Part shown: one piece after another, positions 41,582 through 57,700 of the stretch
How the letters are laid out: each line of letters starts with the position of its first letter
Numbering within the stretch: the first letter of the stretch is position 1
Assembly (NCBI GenBank): GCA_964016885.1
Contig: OZ024752.1
Location: 14,818,001-14,882,000, forward strand
DNA from: Eledone cirrhosa
Taxonomy: Eukaryota
Reading direction: 5' to 3'
Length of the DNA: 64,000 nt
The notes under the pieces: model-generated
What the model saw: only the letters and a program-made list of their open reading frames with translations
Told to the model about the DNA's origin: nothing
Database searches by the model: none
Translations under genes and position numbers: made by a program

Positions 41582-42048
41582 CAGTATATAGAGAAGAAAA
41601 CACAAAAAGGGTATGTTTTCAATTACGTGGGGTAGAGAACCACGAGAGTGAAGAACATAAAGTCTACGAAAACTGTGGGAAATTCATAATAATTAAAAAG
41701 GTAAATTAACATCTAGAAACCTACTTGTGTAACTACAAATCACCTGGACATACGCAAAGAAGAGAATGTTTTGCCATAAAGAGTGTTGGTACCATAACTT
41801 CTCAGCTCTCGTCGGCTGGTGTAAAGAAGATACGGTCAACATTTCTAAAGAAACTTTAGACAACTGAAATATCGCACATAGTGAGAGAAACGAAAACATG
41901 CGCGCTAGATAGTACATAGTGGCTTGAATGCATCAAGAAACCGCTAGAAATGGCAGCTTATAACCTGAATGGCAGCTGAAAACACCTGAGAAGTTATGGC
42001 ACCAGCAGTATGCCGAAACATTCTCTTCTTTCAGCTCATTAAATTACA

Positions 42049-42425
42049 GGTGGATTGGCAGTATCGGTAGAGAATCGGACGCCATGATTTCCAGCATAGT
42101 TACGTCCCTTTACGATATGAGTTCAAATCCCGTCGAGGTTGACTTTGCATTTCATCCTTACGTGGTCGATAAAATAAAGTACCAGTAATGCACTGGGTAA
42201 TTGCTGGCCTTGTGCCTAAAGTAGAAACAATTTAATTACAGGGTGAATTGGCAGTATCGGTAGAGGATCGGACGCCATGCTCTCCCGCATAGTTACGTCC
42301 CTTTACGGTCTGTGTTCAAATCCTGTCGAGGTTAACTTTGCCTTCCATCCTTTCGGGATCGATAAAATAAAGTATCAGTAATGCAGTGAGATAATTGTTG
42401 ACATGTACCAAATATATAAACAATT
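42049..42425 (+). mobile_element. Two head-to-tail SINE A copies
   Basis: Separated and flanked by AATTACAGG (~42042, ~42234, ~42427). Confidence 0.9.
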
Positions 42426-42482
42426 AAATTACAGGGGATTAACACGTGTCTTTAACTCCGTTTTTTCATTTCATATGTGTGT

Positions 42483-42593
<111 letters not shown>

Positions 42594-42744
42594 ACGCTTT
42601 CTCTCGAGGTGTGTGGTTGCGTTTAGATGTGTGCGTATCATTTTCGAAATATTCCTAATAAGAATATTTCCTTTGATATTTCTTGGAGTCTGTTCTCAGA
42701 GCATTCACAGTTGAATTACATATTTCCACATTCATTGACGAAAG

Positions 42745-45700
42745 TATGTTTAACGCCATAGCCTAAACAGTGTTTAACGCCATAGCCTAAACAGTGTTTA
42801 ACGCCATAGCCTAAAGAATGTTTAACGCCATAGCCTAAACAATGTTTAACGCCATAGCCTAAATAGTGTTTAACGCCATAGCCTAAACAGTGTTTAACGC
42901 CATAGGCTAAACAATGTTTAACGCCATAGCCTAAACAATGTTTAACGCCATAGCCTAAACAATGTTTAACGGCATAGCCTAAACAGTGTTTAACGCCATA
43001 GCCTAAACAATGTTTAACGCCAGAGCCTAAACAATGTTTAACGCCATAGCCTAAACAGTGTTTAACGCCATAGCCTAAACAATGTTTAACGCCATAGCCT
43101 AAACAGTGTTTAACGCCATAGCCTAAACAGTGTTTAACGCCATAGCCTAAACGGTGTTTAACGCCATAGCCTAAACATTGTTTAACGCCATAGCCTAAAC
43201 AGTGTTTAACGCCATAGCCTAAACAGTGTTTAACGCAATAGCCTAAACAATGTTTAACGCCATAGCCTGAACAGTGTTTAACGCTATGGCCTAAACAGTG
43301 TTTAACGCCATAGCTAAAAGAGTGTTTAACGCCATACCCTAAACAGTGTTTAACGCCATAGCCTAAACATTGTTTAACGCCATAGCCTAAACAGTGTTTA
43401 ACGCCATAGCCTAAACAGTGTTTAACGCCATAGCCTAAACAATGTTTAACGCCATAGCCTAAACGGTGTTTAACGCCATAGCCTAAACAGTGTTTAACGC
43501 CATAGCCTAAACTGTGTTTAACGCCATAGCCTAAACAGTGTTTAACGCCATAGCCTAAACATTGTTTAACGCCATAGCCCAAACAGTGTTTACCGCCATA
43601 GCCTAAACAGTGTTTAACGCCATAGCCTAAACAGCGTTTAACGCCATAGCCTAAACAGTGTTTAACGCCATAGCCTAAACAGTGTTTAACGCCATAGCCT
43701 AAAGAATGTTTAACGCCATAGCCTAAATAGTGTTTAACGCCATAGACTAAACAATGTTTAACGCCATAGCCTAAACAGTGTTTAACGCCATAGCCTAAAC
43801 AATGTTTAACGCCATAGCCTAAACAGTGTTTAACGCCATAGCCTGAACAGTGTTTAACGCCATAGCCTAAACAATGTTTAACGCCATAGCCTAAACAGTG
43901 TTTAACGCCATAGCCTAAATAGTGTATAACGCCATAGCCTAAACAGTGTTTAACGCCATAGCCTAAACAGTGTTTAACACCATAGCCTAAACAGTGTTTA
44001 ACGCCATAGCCTAAACAATGTTTAACGCCATAGCCTAAACAATGTTTAACGCCATAGTCTAAACAGTGTTTAACGCCATAGCCTAAACAATGTTTAACGC
44101 CATAGCCTAAACAGTGTTTAACGCCATAGCCTAAACAGTGTTTAACGCCATAGCCTAAACAATGTTTAACGCCATAGCCTAAACAGTGTTTAACGCCATA
44201 GCCTAAACAATGTTTAACGCCATAGCCTAAATAGTGTTTAACGCCATAGCCTAAACAGTGTTAACGCCATAGCCTAAACAGTGTTTAACGCCATAGCCTA
44301 AACAGTGTTTAACGCCATAGCCTAAACAGTGTTTAACGCCATAGCCTAAACAGTGTTTAACGCCATAGCCTAAACAGTGTTTAACGCCATAGCCTAAAGA
44401 ATGTTTAACGCCATAGCCTAAACAATGTTTAACGCCATAGCCTAAATAGTGTTTAACGCCATAGCCTAAACAGTGTTTAACGCCATAGGCTAAACAATGT
44501 TTAACGCCATAGCCTAAACAGTGTTTAACGCCATAGCCTAAACAATGTTTAACGCCAGAGCCTAAACAACGTTTAACGCCATAGCCTAAACAGTGTTTAA
44601 CGCCATAGCCTAAACAATGTTTAACGCCATAGCCTAAACAGTGTTTAACGCCATAGCCTAAGCAGTGTTTAACGCCATAGCCTAAACGGTGTTTAACGCC
44701 ATAGCCTAAACATTGTTTAACGCCATAGCCTAAACAGTGTTTAACGCCATAGCCTAAACAGTGTTTAACGCAATAGCCTAAACAATGTTTAACGCCATAG
44801 CCTAAACAGTGTTTAACGCTATGGCCTAAACAGTGTTTAACGCCATAGCTAAAACAGTGTTTAACGCCATACCCTAAACAGTGTTTAACGCCATAGCCTA
44901 AACATTGTTTAACGCCATAGCCTAAACAGTGTTTAACGCCATAGCCTAAACAGTGTTTAACGCCATAGCCTAAACAATGTTTAACGCCATAGCCTAAACG
45001 GTGTTTAACGCCATAGCCTAAACAGTGTTTAACGCCATAGCCCAAACAGTGTTTACCGCCATAGCCTAAACAGTGTTTAACGCCATAGCCTAAACAGCGT
45101 TTAACGCCATAGCCTAAACAGTGTTTAACGCCATAGCCTAAACAGTGTTTAACGCCATAGCCTAAACATTGTCTAACGCCATAGCCTAAACAGTGTTTAA
45201 CGCCAAAGCCTAAACAGTGTTTAACGCCAGAGCCTAAACAATGTTTAACGCCATAGCCTAAACAATGTTTAACGCCATAGCCTAAACAGTGTTTAACGCC
45301 ATAGCCTAAACAGTGTTTAACGCCATAGCCTAAACATTGTTTAACGCCATAGCCTAAACAGTGTTTAACGCCATAGCCTAAACAGTGTTTAACGCCATAG
45401 CCTAAACAGTGTTTAACACCATAGCCTAAACAGTGTTTAACGCCATAGCCTAAACAGTGTTTAACGCCATAGCCTAAACAGTGTTTAACGCCATAGCCTA
45501 AACATTGTTTAACGCCATAGCCTAAAGAGTGTTTAACGCCATAGCCTAAACAGTGTTTAACGCGATAGCCTAAACAGTTTTTAACGCCATAGCCTAAACA
45601 GTGTTTAACGCCATAGCCTAAACATTGTTTAACGCCATAGCCTAAACAGTGTTTAACGCCATAGCCTAAACAATGTTTAACGCCATAGCCCAAACAGTGT

Positions 45701-48700
45701 TTAACGCGATAGCCTAAACAGTGTTTAACGCCATAGCCTAAACAGTGTTTAACGCAATAGCCTAAACAATGTTTAACGCCATAGCCTAAACAGTGTTTAA
45801 CGCCATAGCCTAAACAATGTTTAACGCCATAGCCTAAACAGTGTTTAACGCCATAGCCTAAACATTGTTTAACGCCATAGCCTAAACATTGTTTAACGCC
45901 ATAGCCTAAACAATGTTTAACGCCATAGCCTAAACAGTGTTTAACGCCATAGCCTAAACAATGTTTAACGCCATAGCCTAAACAGTGTTTAACGCCATAG
46001 CCTAAACAGTGTTTAACGCCATAGCCTAAACAGTGTTTAACGCCATAGCCTAAACAATGTTTAACGCCATAGCCTAAATAGTGTTTAACGCCATAGCCTA
46101 AACAGTGTTTAACGCCATAGCCTAAACAGCGTTTAACGCCATAGCCTAAACAGTGTTTAACGCCATAGCCTAAACAGTGTTTAACGCCATAGCCTAAAGA
46201 ATGTTTAACGCCATAGCCTAAATAGTGTTTAACGCCATAGACTAAACAATGTTTAACGCCATAGCCTAAACAGTGTTTAACGCCATAGCCTAAACAATGT
46301 TTAACGCCATAGCCTAAACAGTGTTTAACGCCATAGCCTAAACAGTGTTTAACGCCATAGCCTAAACAATGTTTAACGCCATAGCCTAAACAGTGTTTAA
46401 CGCCATAGCCTAAATAGTGTATAACGCCATAGCCTAAACAGTGTTTAACGCCATAGCCTAAACAGTGTTTAACACCATAGCCTCAACAGTGTTTAACGCC
46501 ATAGCCTAAACAATGTTTAACGCCATAGCCTAAACAATGTTTAACGCCATAGTCTAAACAGTGTTTAACGCCATAGCCTAAACAATGTTTAACGCCATAG
46601 CCTAAACAGTGTTTAACGCCATAGCCTAAACAGTGTTTAACGCCATAGCCTAAACAATGTTTAACGCCATAGCCTAAACAGTGTTTAACGCCATAGCCTA
46701 AACAATGTTTAACGCCATAGCCTAAATAGTGTTTAACGCCATAGCCTAAACAGTGTTAACGCCATAGCCTAAACAGTGTTTAACGCCATAGCCTAAACAG
46801 TGTTTAACGCCATAGCCTAAACAGTGTTTAACGCCATAGCCTAAACAGTGTTTAACGCCATAGCCTAAAGAATGTTTAACGCCATAGCCTAAACAATGTT
46901 TAACGCCATAGCCTAAATAGTGTTTAACGCCATAGCCTAAACAGTGTTTAACGCCATAGGCTAAACAATGTTTAACGCCATAGCCTAAACAATGTTTAAC
47001 GCCATAGCCTAAACAATGTTTAACGCCAGTGCCTAAACAACGTTTAACGCCATAGCCTAAACAGTGTTTAACGCCATAGCCTAAACAATGTTTAACGCCA
47101 TAGCCTAAACAGTGTTTAACGCCATAGCCTAAACAGTGTTTAACGCCATAGCCTAAACATTGTTTAACGCCATAGCCTAAACAGTGTTTAACGCCATAGC
47201 CTAAACAGTGTTTAACGCAATAGCCTAAACAATGTTTAACGCCATAGCCTAAACAGTGTTTAACGCTATGGCCTAAACAGTGTTTAACGCCATAGCTAAA
47301 ACAGTGTTTAACGCCATACCCTAAACAGTCTTTAACGCCATAGCCTAAACATTGTTTAACGCCATAGCCTAAACAGTGTTTAACGCCATAGCCTAAACAG
47401 TGTTTAACGCCATAGCCTAAACAATGTTTAACGCCATAGCCTAAACGGTGTTTAACGCCATAGCCTAAACAGTGTTTAACGCCATAGCCCAAACAGTGTT
47501 TACCGCCATAGCCTAAACAGTGTTTAACGCCATAGCCTAAACAGCGTTTAACGCCATAGCCTAAACAGTGTTTAACGCCATAGCCTAAACAGTGTTTAAC
47601 GCCATAGCCTAAACATTGTTTAACGCCATAGCCTAAACAGTGTTTAACGCCAAAGCCTAAACAGTGTTTAACGCCAGAGCCTAAACAATGTTTAACGCCA
47701 TAGCCTAAACAATGTTTAACGCCATAGCCTAAACAGTGTTTAACGCCATAGCCTAAACAGTGTTTAACGCCATAGCCTAAACATTGTTTAACGCCATAGC
47801 CTAAACAGTGTTTAACGCCATAGCCTAAACAGTGTTTAACGCCATAGCCTAAACAGTGTTTAACACCATAGCCTAAACAGTATTTAACGCCATAGCCTAA
47901 ACAGTGTTTAACGCCATAGCCTAAACAGTGTTTAACGCCATAGCCTAAACATTGTTTAACGCCATAGCCTAAAGAGTGTTTAACGCCATAGCCTAAACAG
48001 TGTTTAACGCGATAGCCTAAACAGTGTTTAACGCCATAGCCTAAACAGTGTTTAACGCCATAGCCTAAACATTGTTTAACGCCATAGCCTAAACAGTGTT
48101 TAACGCCATAGCCTAAACAATGTTTAACGCCATAGCCCAAACAGTGTTTAACGCGATAGCCTAAACAGTGTTTAACGCCATAGCCTAAACAGTGTTTAAC
48201 GCAATAGCCTAAACAATGTTTAACGCCATAGCCTAAACAGTGTTTAACGCCATAGCCTAAACAATGTTTAACGCCATAGCCTAAACAGTGTTTAACGCCA
48301 TAGCCTAAACATTGTTTAACGCCATAGCCTAAACATTGTTTAACGCCATAGCCTAAACAATGTTTAACGCCATAGCCTAAACAGTGTTTAACGCCATAGG
48401 CTAAACAATGTTTAACGCCATAGCCTAAACAATGTTTAACGCCATAGCCTAAACAATGTTTAACGCCAGTGCCTAAACAACGTTTAACGCCATAGCCTAA
48501 ACAGTGTTTAACGCCATAGCCTAAACAATGTTTAACGCCATAGCCTAAACAGTGTTTAACGCCATAGCCTAAACAGTGTTTAACGCCATAGCCTAAACGG
48601 TGTTTAACGCCATAGCCTAAACATTGTTTAACGCCATAGCCTAAACAGTGTTTAACGCCATAGCCTAAACAGTGTTTAACGCAATAGCCTAAACAATGTT

Positions 48701-51700
48701 TAACGCCATAGCCTAAACAGTGTTTAACGCTATGGCCTAAACAGTGTTTAACGCCATAGCTAAAACAGTGTTTAACGCCATACCCTAAACAGTCTTTAAC
48801 GCCATAGCCTAAACATTGTTTAACGCCATAGCCTAAACAGTGTTTAACGCCATAGCCTAAACAGTGTTTAACGCCATAGCCTAAACAATGTTTAACGCCA
48901 TAGCCTAAACGGTGTTTAACGCCATAGCCTAAACAGTGTTTAACGCCATAGCCCAAACAGTGTTTACCGCCATAGCCTAAACAGTGTTTAACGCCATAGC
49001 CTAAACAGCGTTTAACGCCATAGCCTAAACAGTGTTTAACGCCATAGCCTAAACAGTGTTTAACGCCATAGCCTAAACATTGTTTAACGCCATAGCCTAA
49101 ACAGTGTTTAACGCCAAAGCCTAAACAGTGTTTAACGCCAGAGCCTAAACAATGTTTAACGCCATAGCCTAAACAATGTTTAACGCCATAGCCTAAACAG
49201 TGTTTAACGCCATAGCCTAAACAGTGTTTAACGCCATAGCCTAAACATTGTTTAACGCCATAGCCTAAACAGTGTTTAACGCCATAGCCTAAACAGTGTT
49301 TAACGCCATAGCCTAAACAGTGTTTAACACCATAGCCTAAACAGTATTTAACGCCATAGCCTAAACAGTGTTTAACGCCATAGCCTAAACAGTGTTTAAC
49401 GCCATAGCCTAAACATTGTTTAACGCCATAGCCTAAAGAGTGTTTAACGCCATAGCCTAAACAGTGTTTAACGCGATAGCCTAAACAGTGTTTAACGCCA
49501 TAGCCTAAACAGTGTTTAACGCCATAGCCTAAACATTGTTTAACGCCATAGCCTAAACAGTGTTTAACGCCATAGCCTAAACAATGTTTAACGCCATAGC
49601 CCAAACAGTGTTTAACGCGATAGCCTAAACAGTGTTTAACGCCATAGCCTAAACAGTGTTTAACGCAATAGCCTAAACAATGTTTAACGCCATAGCCTAA
49701 ACAGTGTTTAACGCCATAGCCTAAACAATGTTTAACGCCATAGCCTAAACAGTGTTTAACGCCATAGCCTAAACATTGTTTAACGCCATAGCCTAAACAT
49801 TGTTTAACGCCATAGCCTAAACAATGTTTAACGCCATAGCCTAAACAGTGTTTAACGCCATAGCCTAAAAATGTTTAACGCCATAGCCTAAACAGTGTTT
49901 AACGCCATAGCCTAAACAGTGTTTAACGCCATAGCCTAAACAGTGTTTAACGCCATAGCCTAAACAATGTTTAACGCCATAGCCTAAATAGTGTTTAACG
50001 CCATAGCGTAAACAGTGTTTAACGCCATAGCCTAAACAGTGTTTAACGCCATAGCCTAAACAGCGTTTAACGCCATAGCCTAAACAGTGTTTAACGCCAT
50101 AGCCTAAACAGTGTTTAACGCCATAGCCTAAAGAATGTTTAACGCCATAGCCTAAATAGTGTTTAACGCCATAGACTAAACAATGTTTAACGCCATAGCC
50201 TAAACAGTGTTTAACGCCATAGCCTAAACAATGTTTAACGCCATAGCCTAAACAGTGTTTAACGCCATAGCCTAAACAGTGTTTAACGCCATAGCCTAAA
50301 CAATGTTTAACGCCATAGCCTAAACAGTGTTTAACGCCATAGCCTAAACAATGTTTAACGCCATAGCCTAAACAGTGTTTAACGCCATAGCCTAAACAGT
50401 GTTTAACGCTATGGCCTAAACAGTGTTTAACGCCATAGCTAAAACAGTGTTTAACGCCATACCCTAAACAGTGTTTAACGCCATAGCCTAAACATTGTTT
50501 AACGCCATAGCCTAAACAGTGTTTAACGCCATAGCCTAAACAGTGTTTAACGCCATAGCCTAAACAATGTTTAACGCCATAGCCTAAACGGTGTTTAACG
50601 CCATAGCCTAAACAGTGTTTAACGCCATAGCCCAAACAGTGTTTACCGCCATAGCCTAAACAGTGTTTAACGCCATAGCCTAAACAGCGTTTAACGCCAT
50701 AGCCTAAATAGTGTATAACGCCATAGCCTAAACAGTGTTTAACGCCATAGCCTAAACAGTGTTTAACACCATAGCCTCAACAGTGTTTAACGCCATAGCC
50801 TAAACAATGTTTAACGCCATAGCCTAAACAATGTTTAACGCCATAGTCTAAACAGTGTTTAACGCCATAGCCTAAACAATGTTTAACGCCATAGCCTAAA
50901 CAGTGTTTAACGCCATAGCCTAAACAGTGTTTAACGCCATAGCCTAAACAATGTTTAACGCCATAGCCTAAACAGTGTTTAACGCCATAGCCTAAACAAT
51001 GTTTAACGCCATAGCCTAAATAGTGTTTAACGCCATAGCCTAAACAGTGTTAACGCCATAGCCTAAACAGTGTTTAACGCCATAGCCTAAACAGTGTTTA
51101 ACGCCATAGCCTAAACAGTGTTTAACGCCATAGCCTAAACAGTGTTTAACGCCATAGCCTAAAGACTGTTTAACGCCATAGCCTAAACAATGTTTAACGC
51201 CATAGCCTAAATAGTGTTTAACGCCATAGCCTAAACAGTGTTTAACGCCATAGGCTAAACAATGTTTAACGCCATAGCCTAAACAATGTTTAACGCCATA
51301 GCCTAAACAATGTTTAACGGCATATCCTAAACAGTGTTTAACGCCATAGCCTAAACAATGTTTAACGCCAGAGCCTAAACAATGTTTAACGCCATAGCCT
51401 AAACAGTGTTTAACGCCATAGCCTAAACAATGTTTAACGCCATAGCCTAAACAGTGTTTAACGCCATAGCCTAAACAGTGTTTAACGCCATAGCCTAAAC
51501 GGTGTTTAACGCCATAGCCTAAACATTGTTTAACGCCATAGCCTAAACAGTGTTTAACGCCATAGCCTAAACAGTGTTTAACGCAATAGCCTAAACAATG
51601 TTTAACGCCATAGCCTAAACAGTGTTTAACGCTATGGCCTAAACAGTGTTTAACGCCATAGCTAAAACAGTGTTTAACGCCATACCCTAAACAGTGTTTA

Positions 51701-54700
51701 ACGCCATAGCCTAAACATTGTTTAACGCCATAGCCTAAATAGTGTTTAACGCCATAGCCTAAACAGTGTTTAACGCCATAGCCTAAACAATGTTTAACGC
51801 CATAGCCTAAACGGTGTTTAACGCCATAGCCTAAACAGTGTTTAACGCCATAGCCTAAACAGTGTTTAACGCCATAGCCTAAACAGTGTTTAACGCCATA
51901 GCCTAAACATTGTTTAACGCCATAGCCCAAACAGTGTTTACCGCCATAGCCTAAACAGTGTTTAACGCCATAGCCTAAACAGCGTTTAACGCCATAGCCT
52001 AAACATTGTTTAACGCCATAGCCTAAACAGTGTTTAACGCCATAGCCTAAACAATGTTTAACGCCAAAGCCTAAACAGTGTTTAACGCCAGAGCCTAAAC
52101 AATGTTTAACGCCATAGCCTAAACAGTGTTTAACGCCATAGCCTAAACAGTGTTTAACGCCATAGCCTAAACAGTGTTTAACGCCATAGCCTAAACATTG
52201 TTTAACGCCATAGCCTAAACAGTGTTTAACGCCATAGCCTAAACAGTGTTTAACGCCATAGCCTAAACAGTGTTTAACGCAATAGCCTAAACAATGTTTA
52301 ACGCCATAGCCTAAACAGTGTTTAACGCCATAGCCTAAACAATGTTTAACGCCATAGCCTAAACAGTGTTTAACGCCATAGCCTAAACATTGTTTAACGC
52401 CATAGCCTAAACATTGTTTAACGCCATAGCCTAAACAATGTTTAACGCCATAGCCTAAACAGTGTTTAACGCCATAGCCTAAACAATGTTTAACGCCATA
52501 GCCTAAACAGTGTTTAACGCCATAGCCTAAACAGTGTTTAACGCCATAGCCTAAACAGTGTTTAACGCCATAGCCTAAACAATGTTTAACGCCATAGCCT
52601 AAATAGTGTTTAACGCCATAGCCTAAACAGTGTTTAACGCCATAGCCTAAACAGTGTTTAACGCCATAGCCTAAACAGCGTTTAACGCCATAGCCTAAAC
52701 AGTGTTTAACGCCATAGCCTAAACAGCGTTTAACGCCATAGCCTAAACAGTGTTTAACGCCATAGCCTAAACAGTGTTTAACGCCATAGCCTAAAGAATG
52801 TTTAACGCCATAGCCTAAATAGTGTTTAACGCCATAGACTAAACAATGTTTAACGCCATAGCCTAAACAGTGTTTAACGCCATAGCCTAAACAATGTTTA
52901 ACGCCATAGCCTAAACAGTGTTTAACGCCATAGCCTAAACAGTGTTTAACGCCATAGCCTAAACAATGTTTAACGCCATAGCCTAAACAGTGTTTAACGC
53001 CATAGCCTAAACAATGTTTAACGCCATAGCCTAAACAGTGTTTAACGCCATAGCCTAAACAGTGTTTAACGCTATGGCCTAAACAGTGTTTAACGCCATA
53101 GCTAAAACAGTGTTTAACGCCATACCCTAAACAGTGTTTAACGCCATAGCCTAAACATTGTTTAACGCCATAGCCTAAACAGTGTTTAACGCCATAGCCT
53201 AAACAGTGTTTAACGCCATAGCCTAAACAATGTTTAACGCCATAGCCTAAACGGTGTTTAACGCCATAGCCTAAACAGTGTTTAACGCCATAGCCCAAAC
53301 AGTGTTTACCGCCATAGCCTAAACAGTGTTTAACGCCATAGCCTAAACAGCGTTTAACGCCATAGCCTAAATAGTGTATAACGCCATAGCCTAAACAGTG
53401 TTTAACGCCATAGCCTAAACAGTGTTTAACACCATAGCCTCAACAGTGTTTAACGCCATAGCCTAAACAATGTTTAACGCCATAGCCTAAACAATGTTTA
53501 ACGCCATAGTCTAAACAGTGTTTAACGCCATAGCCTAAACAATGTTTAACGCCATAGCCTAAACAGTGTTTAACGCCATAGCCTAAACAGTGTTTAACGC
53601 CATAGCCTAAACAATGTTTAACGCCATAGCCTAAACAGTGTTTAACGCCATAGCCTAAACAATGTTTAACGCCATAGCCTAAATAGTGTTTAACGCCATA
53701 GCCTAAACAGTGTTAACGCCATAGCCTAAACAGTGTTTAACGCCATAGCCTAAACAGTGTTTAACGCCATAGCCTAAACAGTGTTTAACGCCATAGCCTA
53801 AACAGTGTTTAACGCCATAGCCTAAAGAATGTTTAACGCCATAGCCTAAACAATGTTTAACGCCATAGCCTAAATAGTGTTTAACGCCATAGCCTAAACA
53901 GTGTTTAACGCCATAGGCTAAACAATGTTTAACGCCATAGCCTAAACAATGTTTAACGCCATAGCCTAAACAATGTTTAACGGCATATCCTAAACAGTGT
54001 TTAACGCCATAGCCTAAACAATGTTTAACGCCAGAGCCTAAACAATGTTTAACGCCATAGCCTAAACAGTGTTTAACGCCATAGCCTAAACAATGTTTAA
54101 CGCCATAGCCTAAACAGTGTTTAACGCCATAGCCTAAACAGTGTTTAACGCCATAGCCTAAACGGTGTTTAACGCCATAGCCTAAACATTGTTTAACGCC
54201 ATAGCCTAAACAGTGTTTAACGCCATAGCCTAAACAGTGTTTAACGCAATAGCCTAAACAATGTTTAACGCCATAGCCTAAACAGTGTTTAACGCTATGG
54301 CCTAAACAGTGTTTAACGCCATAGCTAAAACAGTGTTTAACGCCATACCCTAAACAGTGTTTAACGCCATAGCCTAAACATTGTTTAACGCCATAGCCTA
54401 AATAGTGTTTAACGCCATAGCCTAAACAGTGTTTAACGCCATAGCCTAAACAATGTTTAACGCCATAGCCTAAACGGTGTTTAACGCCATAGCCTAAACA
54501 GTGTTTAACGCCATAGCCTAAACAGTGTTTAACGCCATAGCCTAAACAGTGTTTAACGCCATAGCCTAAACATTGTTTAACGCCATAGCCCAAACAGTGT
54601 TTACCGCCATAGCCTAAACAGTGTTTAACGCCATAGCCTAAACAGCGTTTAACGCCATAGCCTAAACATTGTTTAACGCCATAGCCTAAACAGTGTTTAA

Positions 54701-57700
54701 CGCCATAGCCTAAACAATGTTTAACGCCAAAGCCTAAACAGTGTTTAACGCCAGAGCCTAAACAATGTTTAACGCCATAGCCTAAACAGTGTTTAACGCC
54801 ATAGCCTAAACAGTGTTTAACGCCATAGCCTAAACAGTGTTTAACGCCATAGCCTAAACATTGTTTAACGCCATAGCCTAAACAGTGTTTAACGCCATAG
54901 CCTAAACAGTGTTTAACGCCATAGCCTAAACAGTGTTTAACGCAATAGCCTAAACAATGTTTAACGCCATAGCCTAAACAGTGTTTAACGCCATAGCCTA
55001 AACAATGTTTAACGCCATAGCCTAAACAGTGTTTAACGCCATAGCCTAAACATTGTTTAACGCCATAGCCTAAACATTGTTTAACGCCATAGCCTAAACA
55101 ATGTTTAACGCCATAGCCTAAACAGTGTTTAACGCCATAGCCTAAACAATGTTTAACGCCATAGCCTAAACAGTGTTTAACGCCATAGCCTAAACATTGT
55201 TTAACGCCATAGCCTAAACAGTGTTTAACGCCATAGCCTAAACAATGTTTAACGCCATAGCCTAAATAGTGTTTAACGCCATAGACTAAACAGTGTTTAA
55301 CGCCATAGCCTAAACAGTGTTTAACGCCATAGCCTAAACAGCGTTTAACGCCATAGCCTAAACAGTGTTTAACGCCATAGCCTAAACAGTGTTTAACGCC
55401 ATAGCCTAAAGAATGTTTAACGCCATAGCCTAAATAGTGTTTAACGCCATAGACTAAACAATGTTTAACGCCATAGCCTAAACAGTGTTTAACGCCATAG
55501 CCTAAACAATGTTTAACGCCATAGCCTAAACAGTGTTTAACGCCATAGCCTAAACAGTGTTTAACGCCATAGCCTAAACAATGTTTAACGCCATAGCCTA
55601 AACAGTGTTTAACGCCATAGCCTAAACAATGTTTAACGCCATAGCCTAAACAGTGTTTAACGCCATAGCCTAAACAGTGTTTAACGCTATGGCCTAAACA
55701 GTGTTTAACGCCATAGCTAAAACAGTGTTTAACGCCATACCCTAAACAGTGTTTAACGCCATAGCCTAAACATTGTTTAACGCCATAGCCTAAACAGTGT
55801 TTAACGCCATAGCCTAAACAGTGTTTAACGCCATAGCCTAAACAATGTTTAACGCCATAGCCTAAACGGTGTTTAACGCCATAGCCTAAACAGTGTTTAA
55901 CGCCATAGCCCAAACAGTGTTTACCGCCATAGCCTAAACAGTGTTTAACGCCATAGCCTAAACAGCGTTTAACGCCATAGCCTAAACAGTGTTTAACGCC
56001 ATAGCCTAAACAGTGTTTAACGCCATAGCCTAAACATTGTTTAACGCCATAGCCTAAACAGTGTTTAACGCCAAAGCCTAAACAGTGTTTAACGCCAGAG
56101 CCTAAACAATGTTTAACGCCATAGCCTAAACAATGTTTAACGCCATAGCCTAAACAGTGTTTAACGCCATAGCCTAAACAGTGTTTAACGCCATAGCCTA
56201 AACATTGTTTAACGCCATAGCCTAAACAGTGTTTAACGCCATAGCCTAAACAGTGTTTAACGCCATAGCCTAAACAGTGTTTAACACCATAGCCTAAACA
56301 GTGTTTAACGCCATAGCCTAAACAGTGTTTAACGCCATAGCCTAAACAGTGTTTAACGCCATAGCCTAAACATTGTTTAACGCCATAGCCTAAAGAGTGT
56401 TTAACGCCATAGCCTAAACAGTGTTTAACGCCATAGCCTAAACATTGTTTAACGCCATAGCCTAAACAGTGTTTAACGCCATAGCCTAAACAATGTTTAA
56501 CGCCATAGCCCAAACAGTGTTTAACGCGATAGCCTAAACAGTGTTTAACGCCATAGCCTAAACAGTGTTTAACGCAATAGCCTAAACAATGTTTAACGCC
56601 ATAGCCTAAACAGTGTTTAACGCCATAGCCTAAACAATGTTTAACGCCATAGCCTAAACAGTGTTTAACGCCATAGCCTAAACATTGTTTAACGCCATAG
56701 CCTAAACATTGTTTAACGCCATAGCCTAAACAATGTTTAACGCCATAGCCTAAACAGTGTTTAACGCCATAGCCTAAACAATGTTTAACGCCATAGCCTA
56801 AACAGTGTTTAACGCCATAGCCTAAACAGTGTTTAACGCCATAGCCTAAACAGTGTTTAACGCCATAGCCTAAACAATGTTTAACGCCATAGCCTAAATA
56901 GTGTTTAACGCCATAGCCTAAACAGTGTTTAACGCCATAGCCTAAACAGTGTTTAACGCCATAGCCTAAACAGCGTTTAACGCGATAGCCTAAACAGTGT
57001 TTAACGCCATAGCCTAAACAGTGTTTAACGCCATAGCCTAAAGAATGTTTAACGCCATAGCCTAAATAGTGTTTAACGCCATAGACTAAACAATGTTTAA
57101 CGCCATAGCCTAAACAGTGTTTAACGCCATAGCCTAAACAATGTTTAACGCCATAGCCTAAACAGTGTTTAACGCCATAGCCTAAACAGTGTTTAACGCC
57201 ATAGCCTAAACAATGTTTAACGCCATAGCCTAAACAGTGTTTAACGCCATAGCCTAAATAGTGTATAACGCCATAGCCTAAACAGTGTTTAACGCCATAG
57301 CCTAAACAGTGTTTAACACCATAGCCTCAACAGTGTTTAACGCCATAGCCTAAACAATGTTTAACGCCATAGCCTAAACAATGTTTAACGCCATAGTCTA
57401 AACAGTGTTTAACGCCATAGCCTAAACAATGTTTAACGCCATAGCCTAAACAGTGTTTAACGCCATAGCCTAAACAGTGTTTAACGCCATAGCCTAAACA
57501 ATGTTTAACGCCATAGCCTAAACAGTGTTTAACGCCATAGCCTAAACAATGTTTAACGCCATAGCCTAAATAGTGTTTAACGCCATAGCCTAAACAGTGT
57601 TAACGCCATAGCCTAAACAGTGTTTAACGCCATAGCCTAAACAGTGTTTAACGGCATAGCCTAAACAGTGTTTAACGCCATAGCCTAAACAGTGTTTAAC

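Noticed and set aside
41693-41917. Possible host exon in unique-looking sequence (also ~5560-5820 and ~31700-31900)
   Set aside because: No recognisable protein motif or convincing splice-site pair; cannot be supported without transcript data.
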